From positions 18,540,001-18,604,000 of the forward strand of contig NC_058368.1 of the NCBI RefSeq assembly GCF_018350175.1: a DNA stretch of 64,000 nt, read 5' to 3'. The stretch comes from Felis catus (lineage: Eukaryota). The notes beneath the pieces were generated by a model. The model searched no databases. It had not been told where the DNA came from and saw only the letters and a program-made list of their open reading frames with translations. The position numbers and the translations under genes were made by a program. Shown one piece after another: positions 24,601-38,340 of the stretch. Position 1 is the first letter of the stretch; every line of letters begins with the position of its first letter.

Positions 24601-25376
24601 GCTCTCCAACCTCCAGCAATAGGCATTTAACTGTGTTAATCCAAGTCCTATCCTATATGTCATTGGGCTGGAGGGCAGGGATGATGCATCTAATTAATCT
24701 TTGTTTTCCCTTTAGCACCCAGGTCCATATTTTACTCGCTGATATGTCCCTTGAGCCAATGCTGAATAACTAATCAAGTAAATAAATGAATGCATGAACA
24801 ATATATCAAGAGAGGAGACCCTTGTTAAGAGAACAGGGTTCAAAAGTATCCCAATCAAGAAGAGTAGGCATTAAAAAGAGGAAAAGGAGAAAAAGAAGGA
24901 GGAGGGAGAAGAAAACAGCATTGGACCTGCACAGCCAAAGGGCATTAGGATCCTTTGAGAGAAGATGGTGGAAGAGAACCCATTGCTGGGGGTTAGGGAA
25001 GGAAAGCCTGGATGGAAAAGAAGCAGCAGGTATAGATCCCTTACTTAAAAAGCCCATCCTAAAAAAAGAAGGTGTCCTGAAGAGCTGTCACTAGAAAGGA
25101 AGCAAAGTCAAGTGAAGAATTGTCTTTGCATTTTTACAAAACAGAATAAACCTGATATGTTTGTAGGAAGAGATGATTAATCTCTCTCATGGAGGAGAGA
25201 GAGATTATAGATCCTGGAAAGGAAAGTGATCTTTGCAAGAATAACGTCCCAGAAGAGATCAAAGGGATTGGCTCTAGAGTTTTTCAGTCTGTGGGTTACA
25301 AGCCAGTGTTTGGGGAATGGAAAGGGATTGGTAGAATGGAATGAAAATTATCGGTACCCATCCCATTTTTAAGACT

Positions 25377-25442
25377 TGTGTGTGTGTGTGTGTGTGTGTG
25401 TGTGCACGCACATGCTTCTGTGTGTGTATATGCGTGTGTGCA
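25377..25442 (+). repeat. (TG)n microsatellite / alternating purine-pyrimidine tract
   Basis: Direct reading. Confidence 0.95.
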
Positions 25443-25524
25443 TACTGGGTCACCACTTAAAGAGTTTTTTGGGGGTTTTTTTGTTTTGTTGTTTTTTTAC
25501 TGTGAATCATGGTCAAAACATTTA

Positions 25525-25543
25525 CTTTTTTTAATGTTTTATT

Positions 25544-25605
<62 letters not shown>

Positions 25606-25772
25606 TATGAGCAGGAGAGGAGCAGAGAGAGAGGGAGACAGAATCCATGAAGTAGGCTCCAGTCTCTGAGCTGTCAGCACAGAGCCTGATGCGGGGCTCG
25701 AACCCATGAACCACAAGATCATGACCTGAGCCGAAGTCAGACACTTAACCGACTGAGCCACCCAGGCACCCC
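25525..25772 (-). mobile_element. Can-SINE with long (GA)n
   Basis: TSD atggtcaaaaca on both sides. Confidence 0.95.
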
Positions 25773-26999
25773 ATGGTCAAAACACATTTCAAACAGTGGT
25801 CGTTAGCGGAGAGCTCGATTTAAGTTGTCGACGACAATCAGTGAGCAGTATTGTGGATGGTGGCCCTGCCCTTGCTACAATTCAGGGACACCAGCCCACC
25901 CCACCTTCTTTCTTTCCTCCCTCCCCTCCTCTCTCCCTTCTTTCATAAACATTTATTGGCCCATCTGCCTGCTTGCCATTCACTTTTCTAGGCCCCAGGC
26001 ATAAAGTGGACTCAGCCACAGTCCTATCCTCACAGCTTACAGCACAGTGTTTTCTACCTAGCATGAATGACCTCTGGGCGTCCCAGGCTTCTCGGGGCAC
26101 AGGCCTGGACTCTCCTAGTTGTCCAGCTCATGCGATGCCCAGTCTCTGGTTCCAGTCTCAACTCCCACCCACATTCCCAAGACTCACCCGCATGCCCAGG
26201 CTGCTGCCCAGCTAGTGAAGGGTCTGCCCTCTGCCACACACACACAAGAGTACTGTGTCTTAAGGCACAAGGAGAAGATTAAGTCTCCCAGGCGGGCTTC
26301 ACTCACAGCAGGACTGAGGGTGCTCTCCGCTGTGACCTGGCAGAGGCCCTCGGAGATGGACACCGTGGTCATGCACACCCAGTCGACACGCCCACCCAAG
26401 TGTTCAGGCTACTGCAATCGGCCGTCCACCTAGACGAGGTTCTTGTGTTTTCGGTTTTCTCCATTCCAAGTGTGGGAAGCTAATTCAGGCCTTCAGACCC
26501 ACAGTCTTAAAGGAAGCTTCTTGCATCGAGCTAATTAAAACAAGAGAAAGCTTTCTGCTGAAGATTGGTGAAGGGGGAGGTCCGCACGGCTTTCAGTCAA
26601 TGCTTTAGTATCACTGAATGAGAGTGCAGAGCAGCCTGGAAAGAACCTGAGGGAACAGCTATTTGCAAAGCCCCGTTCCACAGATGATCCAACCGAGGCT
26701 CATGCCGCTAGAGAACCCACCCAAGTGCAGTAATCCAGGGCACCTGAGGCATCCCATGAGGGGCTCGGGGACCCGTGCTCCTGGCCCCCGTCCCGCTTCA
26801 CCCAGAGAAGCCCTGCACGTATGTTTCACGTGTCCGCTTCTGCATGAGAGTGGGCTTGAAATGAGGGTCTCCTTGCTTCAGGAGCAAAGAAGCAGACCAA
26901 AAAATATCATGCTGTGCCGTGATTTTTAGGACGTTAAATTAGATGACATTGAGAGGAAAAAAATACTATAAGCTCTAGTTACTCATATGTGTGCCAGTT

Positions 27000-27212
27000 A
27001 GGGGAAAGTTTACCGATGTCTGTAAGTTACCTTGAAATGGATTTTAAAAATATGACAAGTTAATGAATGGATGCTAAGATGACGAGATAGGGAGATTCTC
27101 AACAAAGCAAGTACGGTAAAACGTGAATGGTGGGGTCTAGGTGGTAGGTTTATGGGTATTCTCGGTAAATTCTTTCAATGTTTCCATATGAAAGTTTTTA
27201 TAATAAAATGTG
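27000..27212 (+). mobile_element. Old L1ME-type 3' end
   Basis: tctaggtggtaggtttatgggtattctcggtaaattctttcaatgtt...tttataataaaatg. Confidence 0.55.
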
Positions 27213-27774
27213 TGGGGAAAATTGACACCAGATGCATATGTTCCAATAAATGTTTTCTTACCTCTTAAAAGCTGTTAAACAAAAAAAAAGAGGAAATTAT
27301 GCCTGTACCACCTTCCCACATGGCCAATCTTGTTACCGTGCGGAGAAGATGGAGAAAGCTGATATGATCACTTTAGGAAAGTAAAACGCGACCTCAAATA
27401 TTTTTCCTGGTCAATCACGTATTCATTAATTTTTGATGCCATAGCTATTTGAACTTCTGGAAAACTGCTGGGTCTAACTGCAGCCCCTCACATTTCTGGA
27501 GTGCAAATAAATGCTTTCACACACATCGCTTTGTTGAGCCTGACAATTCTGTCAGATGGTCACACAGCTAGATCTGAGAGTAGAACTCACATCTGGCTGC
27601 TGGGTTGGGAGACAATGACAAGGGGAGAAAAGCATAGGTCCCCTAGGGCACCTGTAAAGGTACTCAGATAGAAAGAAAGGCAGCGGTAGCACGGAAATCT
27701 GCATGCTGATGGGATCGTCAAGTGTGGTGGCTACACATTGCACAATTGCTTCCTAACTTTGAAAATGTTACTCC

Positions 27775-27996
27775 ATCTCTTCTTCTTCTTCTTTTTTTTT
27801 TAATGTTTCTTTTTGGGAGAGAGAGCGCAAGCAGGGGAGGGGCAGAGGCGGGGGTGGGGGGGACAGAGAATCCGAAACGGGCTCCAGGCTCTGAGCTGTC
27901 AGCACAGAGCCGGACGTGGGGCTCCAACGCACGAACTGTGAGATCATGACCTGAGCCGAAGTTGGACGCTCAACCGACTGAGCCACACAAGCGCCC
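27775..27996 (-). mobile_element. Can-SINE
   Basis: Body in reverse with (CTT)n-derived tail; degenerate TSD tgaaaatgttactc / tgaaagtattactc. Confidence 0.94.
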
Positions 27997-30900
27997 TGAA
28001 AGTATTACTCAATCTCTTAAGGATGGACATTTTGCAGTGACTGATTTGCTAACGTTCTCATCACTCGTCACCGTTTTCTTCATTTCAAAATACGTTCTGT
28101 GCACCTATTTAAGCCCGGAAACTGTGGTGTGTGGGAACTTGCAGTTCTGCAATGTGCTCACCATAAACCCCTGTGGCATGAACCACGGAGATGCCAAGGA
28201 CCTCTGTTTCTTCCCTGACAAAATGGGAGAAACCAAATTTACAGGAAGACACAGATTTCCTTGAATTTTAAAAGCAACGTGGGTTTTTGTGGCGATTTAA
28301 TACCACAGTTACCTACGTGGAACTTCAGAGACTTCTAGGCTAGCATAATCGAAATTTTAAAACGTGTAATAGAAATCATACACCTATCCAAAATGCTAGT
28401 GGACAAATGAAAGCACTGCTATGCTTTTATCACATTATTCTCATGTTCAGCCAAGCTCGTATGGGCTGTTATGAATGTCTCTAATTCATTAAAAAAACAA
28501 AAATCAAAGTAATCTCACATACATGCAATTTATTCTCCTGGCAAAATGCTTTAGACCCTGAAAGGAAGGTTGGAGAAAGGATGGATAACAAAAAAAGTCC
28601 TTTATGGGCTAAAAATCTTCTCAAAACTCTATTTTATGAATATCACGCATACAAACAATCAAAGAAACTACGTGATGTAAATTCATCCAACCAGCAAGGG
28701 GCGAGCCAGTAGCGAACCCAGCATTTATTTGGGGATAGAACAATATCAAAGATGCAAATGCACGTTAAGGCCGTTCATAATTCATTCACTTAAGCTCCAC
28801 TTTTTTGATTAACAATCGGCTGGGCTTTGGGGTGAGAACTGGACACGTTGCTCACTCTCAGATTGTTTTGGTGGTAAGGACAGCTTTTCCAGTTGTGGCT
28901 TGCTTACAGCTGCTCTGGCTTATAAAGTAATTGCTAGTCCTTCGAGAGTCAGACACTTCAACAGGAGCACCCGTTATTTCTCAGCAAAAGCAGAGAAGAA
29001 CGGTTCATGTCAGCAGAGCAGGAGGGTCTTTTATGTGGAAAACAAGGAAGAAAATGCATCCTTCTGAGAAATCCTTCAGTGCCGTTGGCCATGCTCCACA
29101 ACACAGAGTCTGGGAACGCGGGTGAACAGGTTCAGGATTGGGGAGGAACCCAGTTCAAATCCTCACTCTGCCACTAAACTTGGGCATGTGGCATAACCCC
29201 TGACTTAGTCTTCTTATCTGGACCATAGGGATAAATGAATGCATATAAAATATGCAGTTGTGCTTAGGACACAGCAAGGATTTGGCTAACGTTAGCACCT
29301 ATCGCTAAAACACTGGCTAACTGGTAACTAGTTACAAGGAAACTGGTGTCTTTGGTTAGTCAGAAGTTACTCCTGCCATTCTCTTTTAGGGTAGGGTTTT
29401 AGATCCCTAGAAAACAAACCCATGATCTCAGAAGTTTTCGTTAAATAAGTTCCAGGGACTGTATCTTGAATTTGGTGGCGGTGGGGAGGAGTCACATCTC
29501 GACTAGCACCAGGACTGTGTAATGCTCACTCCCCTCCGGACACCTGAAGAGTCGACATAATTCCTTTACCCCACGAACCTTGGCCTAGTGTTGGTCATGT
29601 CCCAGTCTGTACTTTAGTCTGTGGAAGGATTTAAGCACAGTGTTTATTCTCCAGTCACATCGGCTCAGTCACACTGAGCACATCGGGCTCAGTGAGGTTT
29701 TACATTTAAGTCACAGTTCCTTGGCTTGGAGTCCCCCATTCAGTTCAGATTCCAGGACCCTGAGCTTCCCACGCCTCCCCTGCAATGGGTTCCTGTTGGC
29801 TAAGACCTCCTGTGACCCCTTGACTTGTCACACTCTCCTTGTTATTGTCGAATGCAGGTGGTCAGCCTGTCTCCACTCACTCACTCACTCCAGTTCATGA
29901 TCTGATTTCCCCCAGCACCACCATGTTTAGACAGCCCTGTGGTAGTTGCTGATCACAAATGTTGCACGCGGGCGGGGGGGTGGGGGTGGTGGGGGTGGTG
30001 GCGGTAAGGCAGAGGGGCCACCAGGGCAACAGGGGTCAGGAGGATGCCTCCAGGACCCCGACCCTGGAATTCTGCTGGCCAAGGACAAATGTGGATTTGC
30101 CTAATAGTGAGGTGGCCACACTCCCGGAAGAAATTTGTCCATTCACCATGGGAGGTTGTTATGGAGTCTGTTATTTACTTCAGCACATTTAAAGGGAAGA
30201 TGGTGTGATGTTATGGATGTGCCGGCTGGTTCAAGCTTCACTCTAGGTTTGACCTAAAAAACAAGCCACACTCCAAGGGTCGTCTGCTTTTGCTACACCC
30301 GAACACGCCAAAGTGGCCACCACAAGAGGGGCCATGATCCACGTCTTGGTCAATAACTGAGACTTTGCTAACTAGCACAGTGAATATTATAAATGGAGTT
30401 TTAATTGGTAAAATAAAAGACTTTAAGTAGCATGATGACTATTTGAAATTGGTAAAAAGTTCAGAAATGTGGATTAAAATATTTAAAACATTTAAAGACA
30501 CTTCCCACTCTTGCCGGAATGGAGTATAAAACTCTAATGAGGCCAGTAGCTTTGTCCTGAGGCTGATCCCCAAGGTCGTTCCCTAAACAGTCCTGTGTCA
30601 ACAGCCATCAACTTAGAGGACTTTCCTTGTGTGATGTAGGCCGAGAGTCACAGGATCTGCCTCCGGGATCTGGGAAGATTGCCTCTGGAGAACACAAGTC
30701 TCACCCACTGGCGGGACCGGAGCTGGAATGCAAATGTACAGAACAGCTCGCACCACTTCCCGGATCGTTTGCTAATAAATGCTTAGTGAATAAACGGCTA
30801 CCTTTATTGTGGCCACAGGGCCAGGATGAGACACCGACGAGGCATTCCCTCAGGTGTCACATTTAAAAGGGAGCCAAAACAAAGATTTTAATGCAGTAAT

Positions 30901-31819
30901 TTGCTTAAATCTACGATAGACAAAATGTCAAATTTTCAGTAAAGGCAGGCTGTTGGTGTTTGTTTCACAACGTGGCATTATTGTGCAATGGGAACAGTTG
31001 TTTCCAATCAGCCCCCGGTTCTGGGCCTGCACCTGGGCCTCCCCCACTGCGCGGCTTATAGGGGTTCCCAGCGGCATGCACACAGATTGCACAACCCCGG
31101 CGGGCCTGATACGCAGTCCTTTTTTTAAATCGTAGCGCTTTCATGAACTTTTGATGTTAACATCTCTAATATAATATAATGCTATAAAATGTAATGTGTT
31201 TCTATGATATATACTTTATAATTAGTTAAGCAACATATAACATAATTAATATGCTGTATATTTATCTGATGTATAGATATATGTGAGTATGTAACATATT
31301 AATAACATAAATACAAACTTTTGAGAAAGGTATACAGAAGTACCCATTTTTCCTTCTGCTTAGGCTCTAGCATGGCTGAGCATGGGGCTGTGTGGCAGAA
31401 TTTTCCATGAGACTTGCTCTTCTCGTATGCTAAGTAGAGATGTTGCCTACGAGTTGGGCACGTCTGAGGAATTTGCACAGGGACACGTTTTCCTGGTGAC
31501 CTATATGCTGTGTTTGCCTGCCTCTCCAGGGCACCCGCAGTCCTACTATCAAGGTCACAGGGAGGACAAATTAATAGGTGTCCGGGTAACACAAAATTAC
31601 AGCAAAAACAGAAGAACGCATGTATGCGTGTGTTTAATGTAGCATCTATCTGTTTAAATATCATCTTGGAGGAATAGTTGGAATTTTTAAAATTATAGAA
31701 AAGTAGAAACATTAAAAAATCACGCATCATCCTACTCCACACACATATAAAGTACAAAGCTCCCTAAGAGATGCTGAGGAGGGTCGGTCGAGAGAGTACC
31801 TCCAGTACAATGGAATCTT

Positions 31820-32165
31820 GTAACGTTTGGGGGAATTCTTGGTGGCATTTAAGATGCATCCTGATGGACAGATTGCCAGGACATATTGCTGGGGGAGAAA
31901 AGCAAGTTGCAGAATGATAAGCACAGTTGGATACTATTTATGTCATAGACACACCCACACACAAAACAACAAGCACCACCATATACTCTCTGTATGCGCA
32001 TATACATGAATGTCAATGCAGAGGACAAGGGTGGGAAGAGGGCCCTTTGAGGGAGAATGGTGGCAGTCTCTGGGGAGAGGTAGCAGGGTCCGGGAGTAGT
32101 CAAAGAGGACTTCCGTACATTGCTTTATTATTTGACAAGGAACCTGTATTCAAATGAATTACAAG
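31820..32165 (+). mobile_element. Old L1ME-type 3' end relic
   Basis: caggacatattgctgggggagaaaagcaagttgcagaat motif. Confidence 0.5.
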
Positions 32166-32691
32166 AACAGCCTCCCAGGGAGATGGGGGAGCATTAATAT
32201 TAAGTGGGGAAGCGGATGGCACACTTTGGCGGTAGAATAGAGTGCATAAAGGGGCTACTTTGGAGATGTTCCAAAGGGTAGATTAAGACCGGAAAGTAAA
32301 GAGTCTTCAATTCCAAGCCGAGGAAATGGCACTTGATGGAGAACTCCACCATGGGATACGTTAGGTAGCAGTATATAACCTGGAATGGACGGGAACCAGT
32401 TAAGAAACGAGGACAGTGCCTAGTGAGCCTGGAAAAGGCAGGGCCAAGAAAAAGCAAGGAAATATAGGAGAGGAATTTTAAATCTGCCTGATCTGATAAG
32501 GAGCAGGTGGACTGAAGGAGAGGAGGCTAAAAGAGAGAGGAATCAAAGATTGTAATCCATGTGACTGGTGCGATGCTGGTACCAGTTAAAAGAGGGTCAG
32601 GAATACAAAATTAAAAAAAAAAAAGATTGAGAAGGAAAAATACTACTGATCACAAAATTCTATCCCTTGGACGTAAAAGTGAATAAATTCT

Positions 32692-32870
32692 GGGGCACCT
32701 GGGTGGCTCAATCAGTTGGCATCCGACTTCAGCTCAGGTCATGATCTCACAGTTCATGAGTTCGAGCCCGAGCCCTGCAAGCCTGAGCCCTTCGTATCCT
32801 CTGTCCCCCTCTCTCTCTGCCCCTCCCCTGATCACGCTCTCTCTCTCTCAAAAATAAGTAAACATTAAAA
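32692..32870 (+). mobile_element. Can-SINE with internal deletion
   Basis: ggggcacctgggtggctca start; TSD tgaataaatt on both sides. Confidence 0.92.
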
Positions 32871-33949
32871 GAAATGAATAAATTATTTTCTGTTGATTAA
32901 ATGAGCTAACACACGGAGAGCACTCGGCCTAGTACATAGGTGGTGCTTAACAATCCTGTAATAATGGCAAATACAAATGGACAATTTTTACGTGTCAAGC
33001 ACTGTTGAAAAGACTTTCATCTACTAAAACTTTTAATCTTCATGATAAGTTTATGCGGTAGGTTTTATTACTATTCCCATTGTACAGAGTTATAACATTC
33101 ACAGTTCCAGACAGGGGAAAATGGAATAAAAGAGCCAGTTTGTTAAATCAGACCAGGAAGGCACTTGGGAGCCATAGGGCTCAGCGCTAATTATGAAGTA
33201 TCCAAGAGCTGTCAAAGGGAATGCTGGCCTGGGAATCTTAGATATTTAGAGAGAAGCAGTTACAGCCAGAGAACATCAGTGAGCAAAGAACCAAAGACAC
33301 CACCTAGGTGAATGCTGTATTTTGGAGATGACCAAACCCAGGCTGGGGATCCCCGTCCAGTGTTCCGCCCCGGGCGACATCCTCGTTTAAGGTGATGGTC
33401 ACAGAGGGTTGGGTAAGTCTCGTGAAGGCACTGGGCACAGAGCCTGGCACATCAGTTTACATCCGTCGACTGGAAGGAAAGAATACTGAGATACTTTTGC
33501 TAACCTATGCTATTTGCTGCCTCTTTTCCCCTTCTTACCGGGAAGCCTACTGGGCTGTGCAGCTGGGTCCCTGTGTCCTCAGCCATCCGGCCTGGGGGCA
33601 GCTCTTCAATTTCAAGCCCGGAGGTGCAGGTAATAGGGAGCTGAGCCTTCGAGCTTCTTTATTATGAGAAGACCTCTCTAGCTCTCTCCTTAGAAGACCC
33701 ACACTCCTTCCTATTCTAGCAAACTTTGGAAAGCCATCTCCTAGGGGGCAAATTGTTAGTTTAGAAGAAAACAGTATTTTTCAATCCATCATAAGGTGTA
33801 AATACTACACTTTGATAAAAATAGGTGAGAACCTCTGTGATCTTTTGCATTACAGTCTAACTAGAGCCATGGAACCAGAAGAATCATTTTTTGAGCCTTT
33901 GTATGTGGCCAATGCATTCACATTTCTTCTATGTAAGAAACAACTTTTT

Positions 33950-34156
33950 AAAAAATCTGTTTTAATGTTTGTTTATTTTCAGAGAGAGAGAGAAAGAGAG
34001 AGCGCAAGCAGGGAGGGGTAGAGAGAGGGAGAGAGAATCCCAAGCAGGCTCTGACGCAGAGCCTGACGCAGAGCTCGAACCCACAAACCGCGAGGTCACG
34101 ACCTGAGCCGATAGCAAGAGATGGACGCTCAACCGACGGAGCCACCCGGGCGCCCC
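33950..34156 (-). mobile_element. Can-SINE
   Basis: Body in reverse; degenerate TSD aaacaacttttta / aaacacctctta. Confidence 0.93.
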
Positions 34157-34617
34157 CCAAACACCTCTTAAACTCATGGTCACTTAGCTGTTTCTTAAGG
34201 AGTTTAACTTATTTAATAGCACCTTAATAACCTCTGGGAATGCTTAAAGTATCAAGTTATAGATGACATTTGTGGGGCTCTCACCAGGTACCGAGCACTC
34301 CCTGGGTACTTTTCACAGATTAATTCCCTTCCCCCTCACGTGAACTCCTTCAGGCAAACCTTACTAACATCTCTGCTTCACAGGTCCAGAAATTGTGAGG
34401 CACACAGGCTCAGGCACTTGCTTAGAGTCACATGCCCCACAAGGGCGGACCCAGCAGCCAAGTCCAAGACCCTGGCTCTCAAACCCAAGTTCTAAATTGC
34501 TATGTAATTTAGAATTTGGTTTTGCTATGATGCATTACTTTTAAAATAATCCTAATTACTAGCCTTTTTTTTTTTTTACCATTATAAAATATAAATATCC
34601 ACATACTGGATTTCCTT

Positions 34618-34847
34618 TTATTTTTTTTTTTTAGTGTTTATTTTTTTGATTTTTTTTTTTTGAGAGAGAGAGAAAGAGAGCACAAGCAGGGGAGGGGCAG
34701 AGAGAGAGGGAGACACAGAATCTGAAGCAGGCTCCAGGCTCTGAGCTGGCAGCACAGAGCCCGACGCAAGGCTCGAGCTCACCAATAGTGAGATCATGAC
34801 CTGAGCCGAAGCTGGACACTCAACCGACCGAGCCACCCAGGCGCCCC
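34618..34847 (-). mobile_element. Can-SINE
   Basis: TSD tggatttcctt on both sides. Confidence 0.96.
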
Positions 34848-35195
34848 TGGATTTCCTTTCAAGGAAAAGATTTCTCTCGGCGGCATGAAGGAGAGGAGTT
34901 TCCCGCTAAGAAGCTCCCAGGCCTCTTGCAGGAGTGGGAGGCAGTCAGAGGGCCACCTCCCGCACCCCGCCCTGTGCTTCCTCCTACAGACATGGTGAGT
35001 CACACCCGTAAGAGTGTGAAGAGCTCTAGCGCTTTCTAGTTTTGTAGATATTTTTAGCACTGTTTACATGTTTGCTTGGATATGCCCCTATTATCATTGC
35101 CCAAATTTTGAAAATAAGAATCTTACCTTATTCATATTGATTGTTGTGGAATGATTACAATGATGATTAAAATGATAATCAAGAAACCCACTACA

Positions 35196-35420
35196 GGGGC
35201 ACCTGGGTGGCTCAGTAGGTTGAGTGTCCGATCTCAGCTCGGGTCATATCTCACAGTGTGAGTTCAAGCCCCGCATCGGGCTCTGTGCTGACGGCTCAGA
35301 GCCTGGAGCCTGCTTCGGATTCTGTGTCTCCCTCTCTCTCTGCCCCTCCCCTGCTCATGCTCTGCTCTCTCTCTCTCTCTCTCTTTTAAAAATAAAACAT
35401 TAAAAAAAATTAAAAAAAAA
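35196..35420 (+). mobile_element. Can-SINE
   Basis: TSD aaacccacta on both sides. Confidence 0.95.
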
Positions 35421-36148
35421 ACCCACTAGAGGCTTACCATGTGCCAGGCCCTGTGCTAAGTGCTTAACAGGCATTGTGTCAGTTACGCCTCTCAACGATC
35501 ATCTAGGGTATGAACTGTGACTGCCTCTTTCCTCAGTGAATGTTCGGTGCGTGCCAGGTGCCCTGAAAGTTCAGCTGATTGATATCCCATAGCTTCTAAA
35601 GGTGTTTTCCCAAAAAAATATTAGAGTCTCCTTGAGGAGAAACAAACACACCATGGGTTCCCAGAGGTTGAGAGGCCTGGGCGCAGGGCTGGGGTAGAAG
35701 GGGCTCCCGAAATGTTTAAAAAGTGAAAGCAAGTTACACAAAGCCACAAACGTCGTCAGCATATCCCCACCCACCAACACCAAAAGAGCTATGACCACAG
35801 GGCTTGGTTTGCCCAGGAGCATGTCAACTTATGTCTCCCTTCCTAATGGAATATTAACGAACCTCCTTTTACTCTCAGAGCCTTCAGTTTGGATGCTGTA
35901 TTAACTGGTCACCCAACCACAAAGTCTCAGTGAGACTGCCTAGCCACCTACCCTACCCACCCATCCGGTCCACCACCCCCCACCTCACCCCCAATGGCCA
36001 AGGTGAATGTGACACTGTGACTTGGGACAACTTTGTATTAAATGAAGAATGGGGGAAAACCAAAATGATCTCCAGACAAAGGGTCCCATTGGGACAGAAA
36101 AGGGAAGGGTAGGGGAGCCAAACAACAGAGGGAAAAATAGACTGCACT

Positions 36149-36521
36149 TGCTATGGTCTGAAGGTTTATGTCCCCCCATAATTCATATGCTAAAATCCTA
36201 ACCCCAAAAATGATGCTATTAGGAGATGGGGCCTTTGGGAGGTGTTCAGGTCATAAGGGCAGAGCCCTCATGTATGGGATTAGTGCTTTTATAAAAGAGG
36301 CCCCAAAACTTCCTTGCCCCTTCTACCCTATGTGGATGCAGCAAAACAAACAAACAAACAAACCAGCCATCTATGAACCAGAAAGAGGGCCCCCTCCCCA
36401 ACCACACTGGCACCTGGATCTCAGACTTCCAGGCTGCAGGACACTGAAAAATAAATTTCTGTTGTTTATAAGCCACCCAGTCTGTGATATTTTGTGATAG
36501 CAGCCCAAATAGACTGCGACA
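36149..36521 (+). mobile_element. MaLR solo LTR (MLT1A-like)
   Basis: tgctatggtctgaa...aataaatttctgttgtttataagccacccagtctgtgatattttgtgatagcagccc...gaca; near 5-bp TSD gcact/gctct. Confidence 0.9.
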
Positions 36522-36998
36522 GCTCTGAAGAAAAACAGAAGCAAAGTGTAAGACGGTGCTTATGGATTTATATAAAATTATGTATGTAAGAGTGCAGAAA
36601 GGATAAAGTTCTGGTTGGGGATTTGATGGTGCCAGTGTTTTGTTAGAGAATCTTGTCCACTACAGCATCCCTACAGTACAAATATTTCTGGAGGGAGAAA
36701 GCAAGGAAGCAAAGGAACCAGGTTGGTTTCTAGTCCTAAATACTCTACCCGCTAGCCGCGCAGCTCTGAGCGGTGCTTCTCCGCTCCGACAGCAGCTGAG
36801 AGAACGCAAGGTCGTCTTCAACAGTCTCTGACACTCAGGCAATGATGAGGGCAAGCCTGAGCAAAAAGTCTGCCCTGATAACCCTAGACAGATAACCCCA
36901 CAGTGCTGCGGCGGCAGTCTGCCTGGAAGTGCCTGTGTTTGACCTTTAAGCTTTTGCAATTCACAAATTGGACACACACGCACCCAAAGGCAAAAGCA

Positions 36999-37110
36999 GG
37001 GGCGCCTGGCTGGCTCAGTCGGAAGGCCAGGCCACTCTTGATCTTAGGGTCATGAGTTCGAGCCCCACGTTGGGTGTAGAGATTACTTAAATAAATATTT
37101 TTCAAAAAAG
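36999..37110 (+). mobile_element. Short tRNA-like Can-SINE lacking the (CT)n segment
   Basis: ggggcgcctggctggctcagtcgg..ttcgagccccacgttgggtgtagagattacttaaataaat; TSD-like aaaggcaaaa. Confidence 0.88.
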
Positions 37111-37225
37111 GCAAAAAAAAACCCATCAGTTTTTTAAAATGTGTATACTTTTCAATTTCATACTTTTAAAGATGTGAGTGCCATCCCTCATACTTTTTAA
37201 TATTTAGGTCTATAAGCATATTCTT

Positions 37226-37299
37226 TTTTAATTTTTATTTCTAATTTTTACTTTATTTTTTGTATAAATACAGTTGATTTTATTTTATTATTTTTTATT

Positions 37300-37351
<52 letters not shown>

Positions 37352-37472
37352 TTAAACAGGTTCCATGCTCAGCATGGAGCCCAACACGGGGCTTGATTCC
37401 ATGACCCTGGGATCATGACCTGAGCCAAAAATCGAGTCAGATGCTCAACCAACTGAACCACCCAGATGCCCC
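37226..37472 (-). mobile_element. Can-SINE with (GA)n and long T-rich tail
   Basis: Body in reverse; TSD core catattct. Confidence 0.88.
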
Positions 37473-37507
37473 AACATATTCTCTTCTTAAAAAAACAAAA
37501 TCAGGTC

Positions 37508-37745
37508 AGGGCGCCTGGGTGGCTTGGTCGGTTGGGCGTCGGACTTCAGGTCGGACTCAGGTCAGACTCAGGTCATGAACTCATGGCTCGTGAGTTCGAG
37601 CCCCACATGCGGCTCTGTGCTGACAGCTCAGAACCTGGAGCCTGATTCGGATTCTGTGTCTCCCTCTCTCTCTCTCTGCCTCTCCCTTGTGCTCTGTCTC
37701 ACTCTCAAAAATGAATTAAAAAACATTAAAAAAAAAAAAGAAAAA
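37508..37745 (+). mobile_element. Can-SINE with internal triplication
   Basis: TSD aaaatcaggtcag / aaaaccaggtcag; three copies of gact(t)caggtc. Confidence 0.93.
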
Positions 37746-37866
37746 AACCAGGTCAGACATTTATATTATTCTACAAAAGCAGAATTTATATGATTTTGCT
37801 TTTGAAACTTTCATTCTCATTTAACAGATCACAGATATCTCTCCAGGTTTGATCACAGAAGGCCAC

Positions 37867-38340
37867 TGTATCAGTCAGCTATTATCACAGTAAGCATACG
37901 TAACAAATCACCCCAAAATGCAATGGTTTTCAACAACTCTCTTTTCTCTCCTCTTTTCCTTTTTACTCACACTGAAGGTTTCAGTCAACCAGACTTGTCT
38001 GGGCTCTGAACTTCAGGTTGGGTCCAGCCCTGTTCCATGCATCCGTTATGATCCTTGGACTAAACAATCAGCAGGTCCCATCCTTACAGTGATGGCAGAA
38101 ATTCAAGAGGCGTGAATGAAAACACGTAGTGCCTCTGAAGGTCTAAGGCTCGATTCAGAGTCACTTCTGTCCACATTTCATTGGCCAAAGCAAATTATGC
38201 AGCGAAGTTCAGAATTGGTTGGGGGGGGGGGGGGAGGGGGGCGGGAATATACTCTGGCTCTCCCGGGAGAAACTGCAAAGTCATTAACAAAGGGTGGGGA
38301 GCCTGGGAGGGGTGCAGCACCGGATGGAGGCAGTATGTAG
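37867..38340 (-). mobile_element. Old MaLR LTR (MLT1H-L-like)
   Basis: tgtatcagtcagctatt...taacaaatcaccccaaaat; cacttctgtccacatttcattggccaaagcaaa. Confidence 0.7.

Noticed and set aside
31030..31115. Possible MER91-like hAT fragment (gcacacagattgcacaaccccggcgggcctg)
   Set aside because: Too short and diverged to call by eye
36755..36785. REST/RE1-like motif (gcagctctgagcggtgctt)
   Set aside because: Too many mismatches to the RE1 consensus at core positions
36999..37080. tRNA gene
   Set aside because: The tRNA-like head is followed by a SINE tail and TSD; a tRNA-derived SINE, not a functional tRNA
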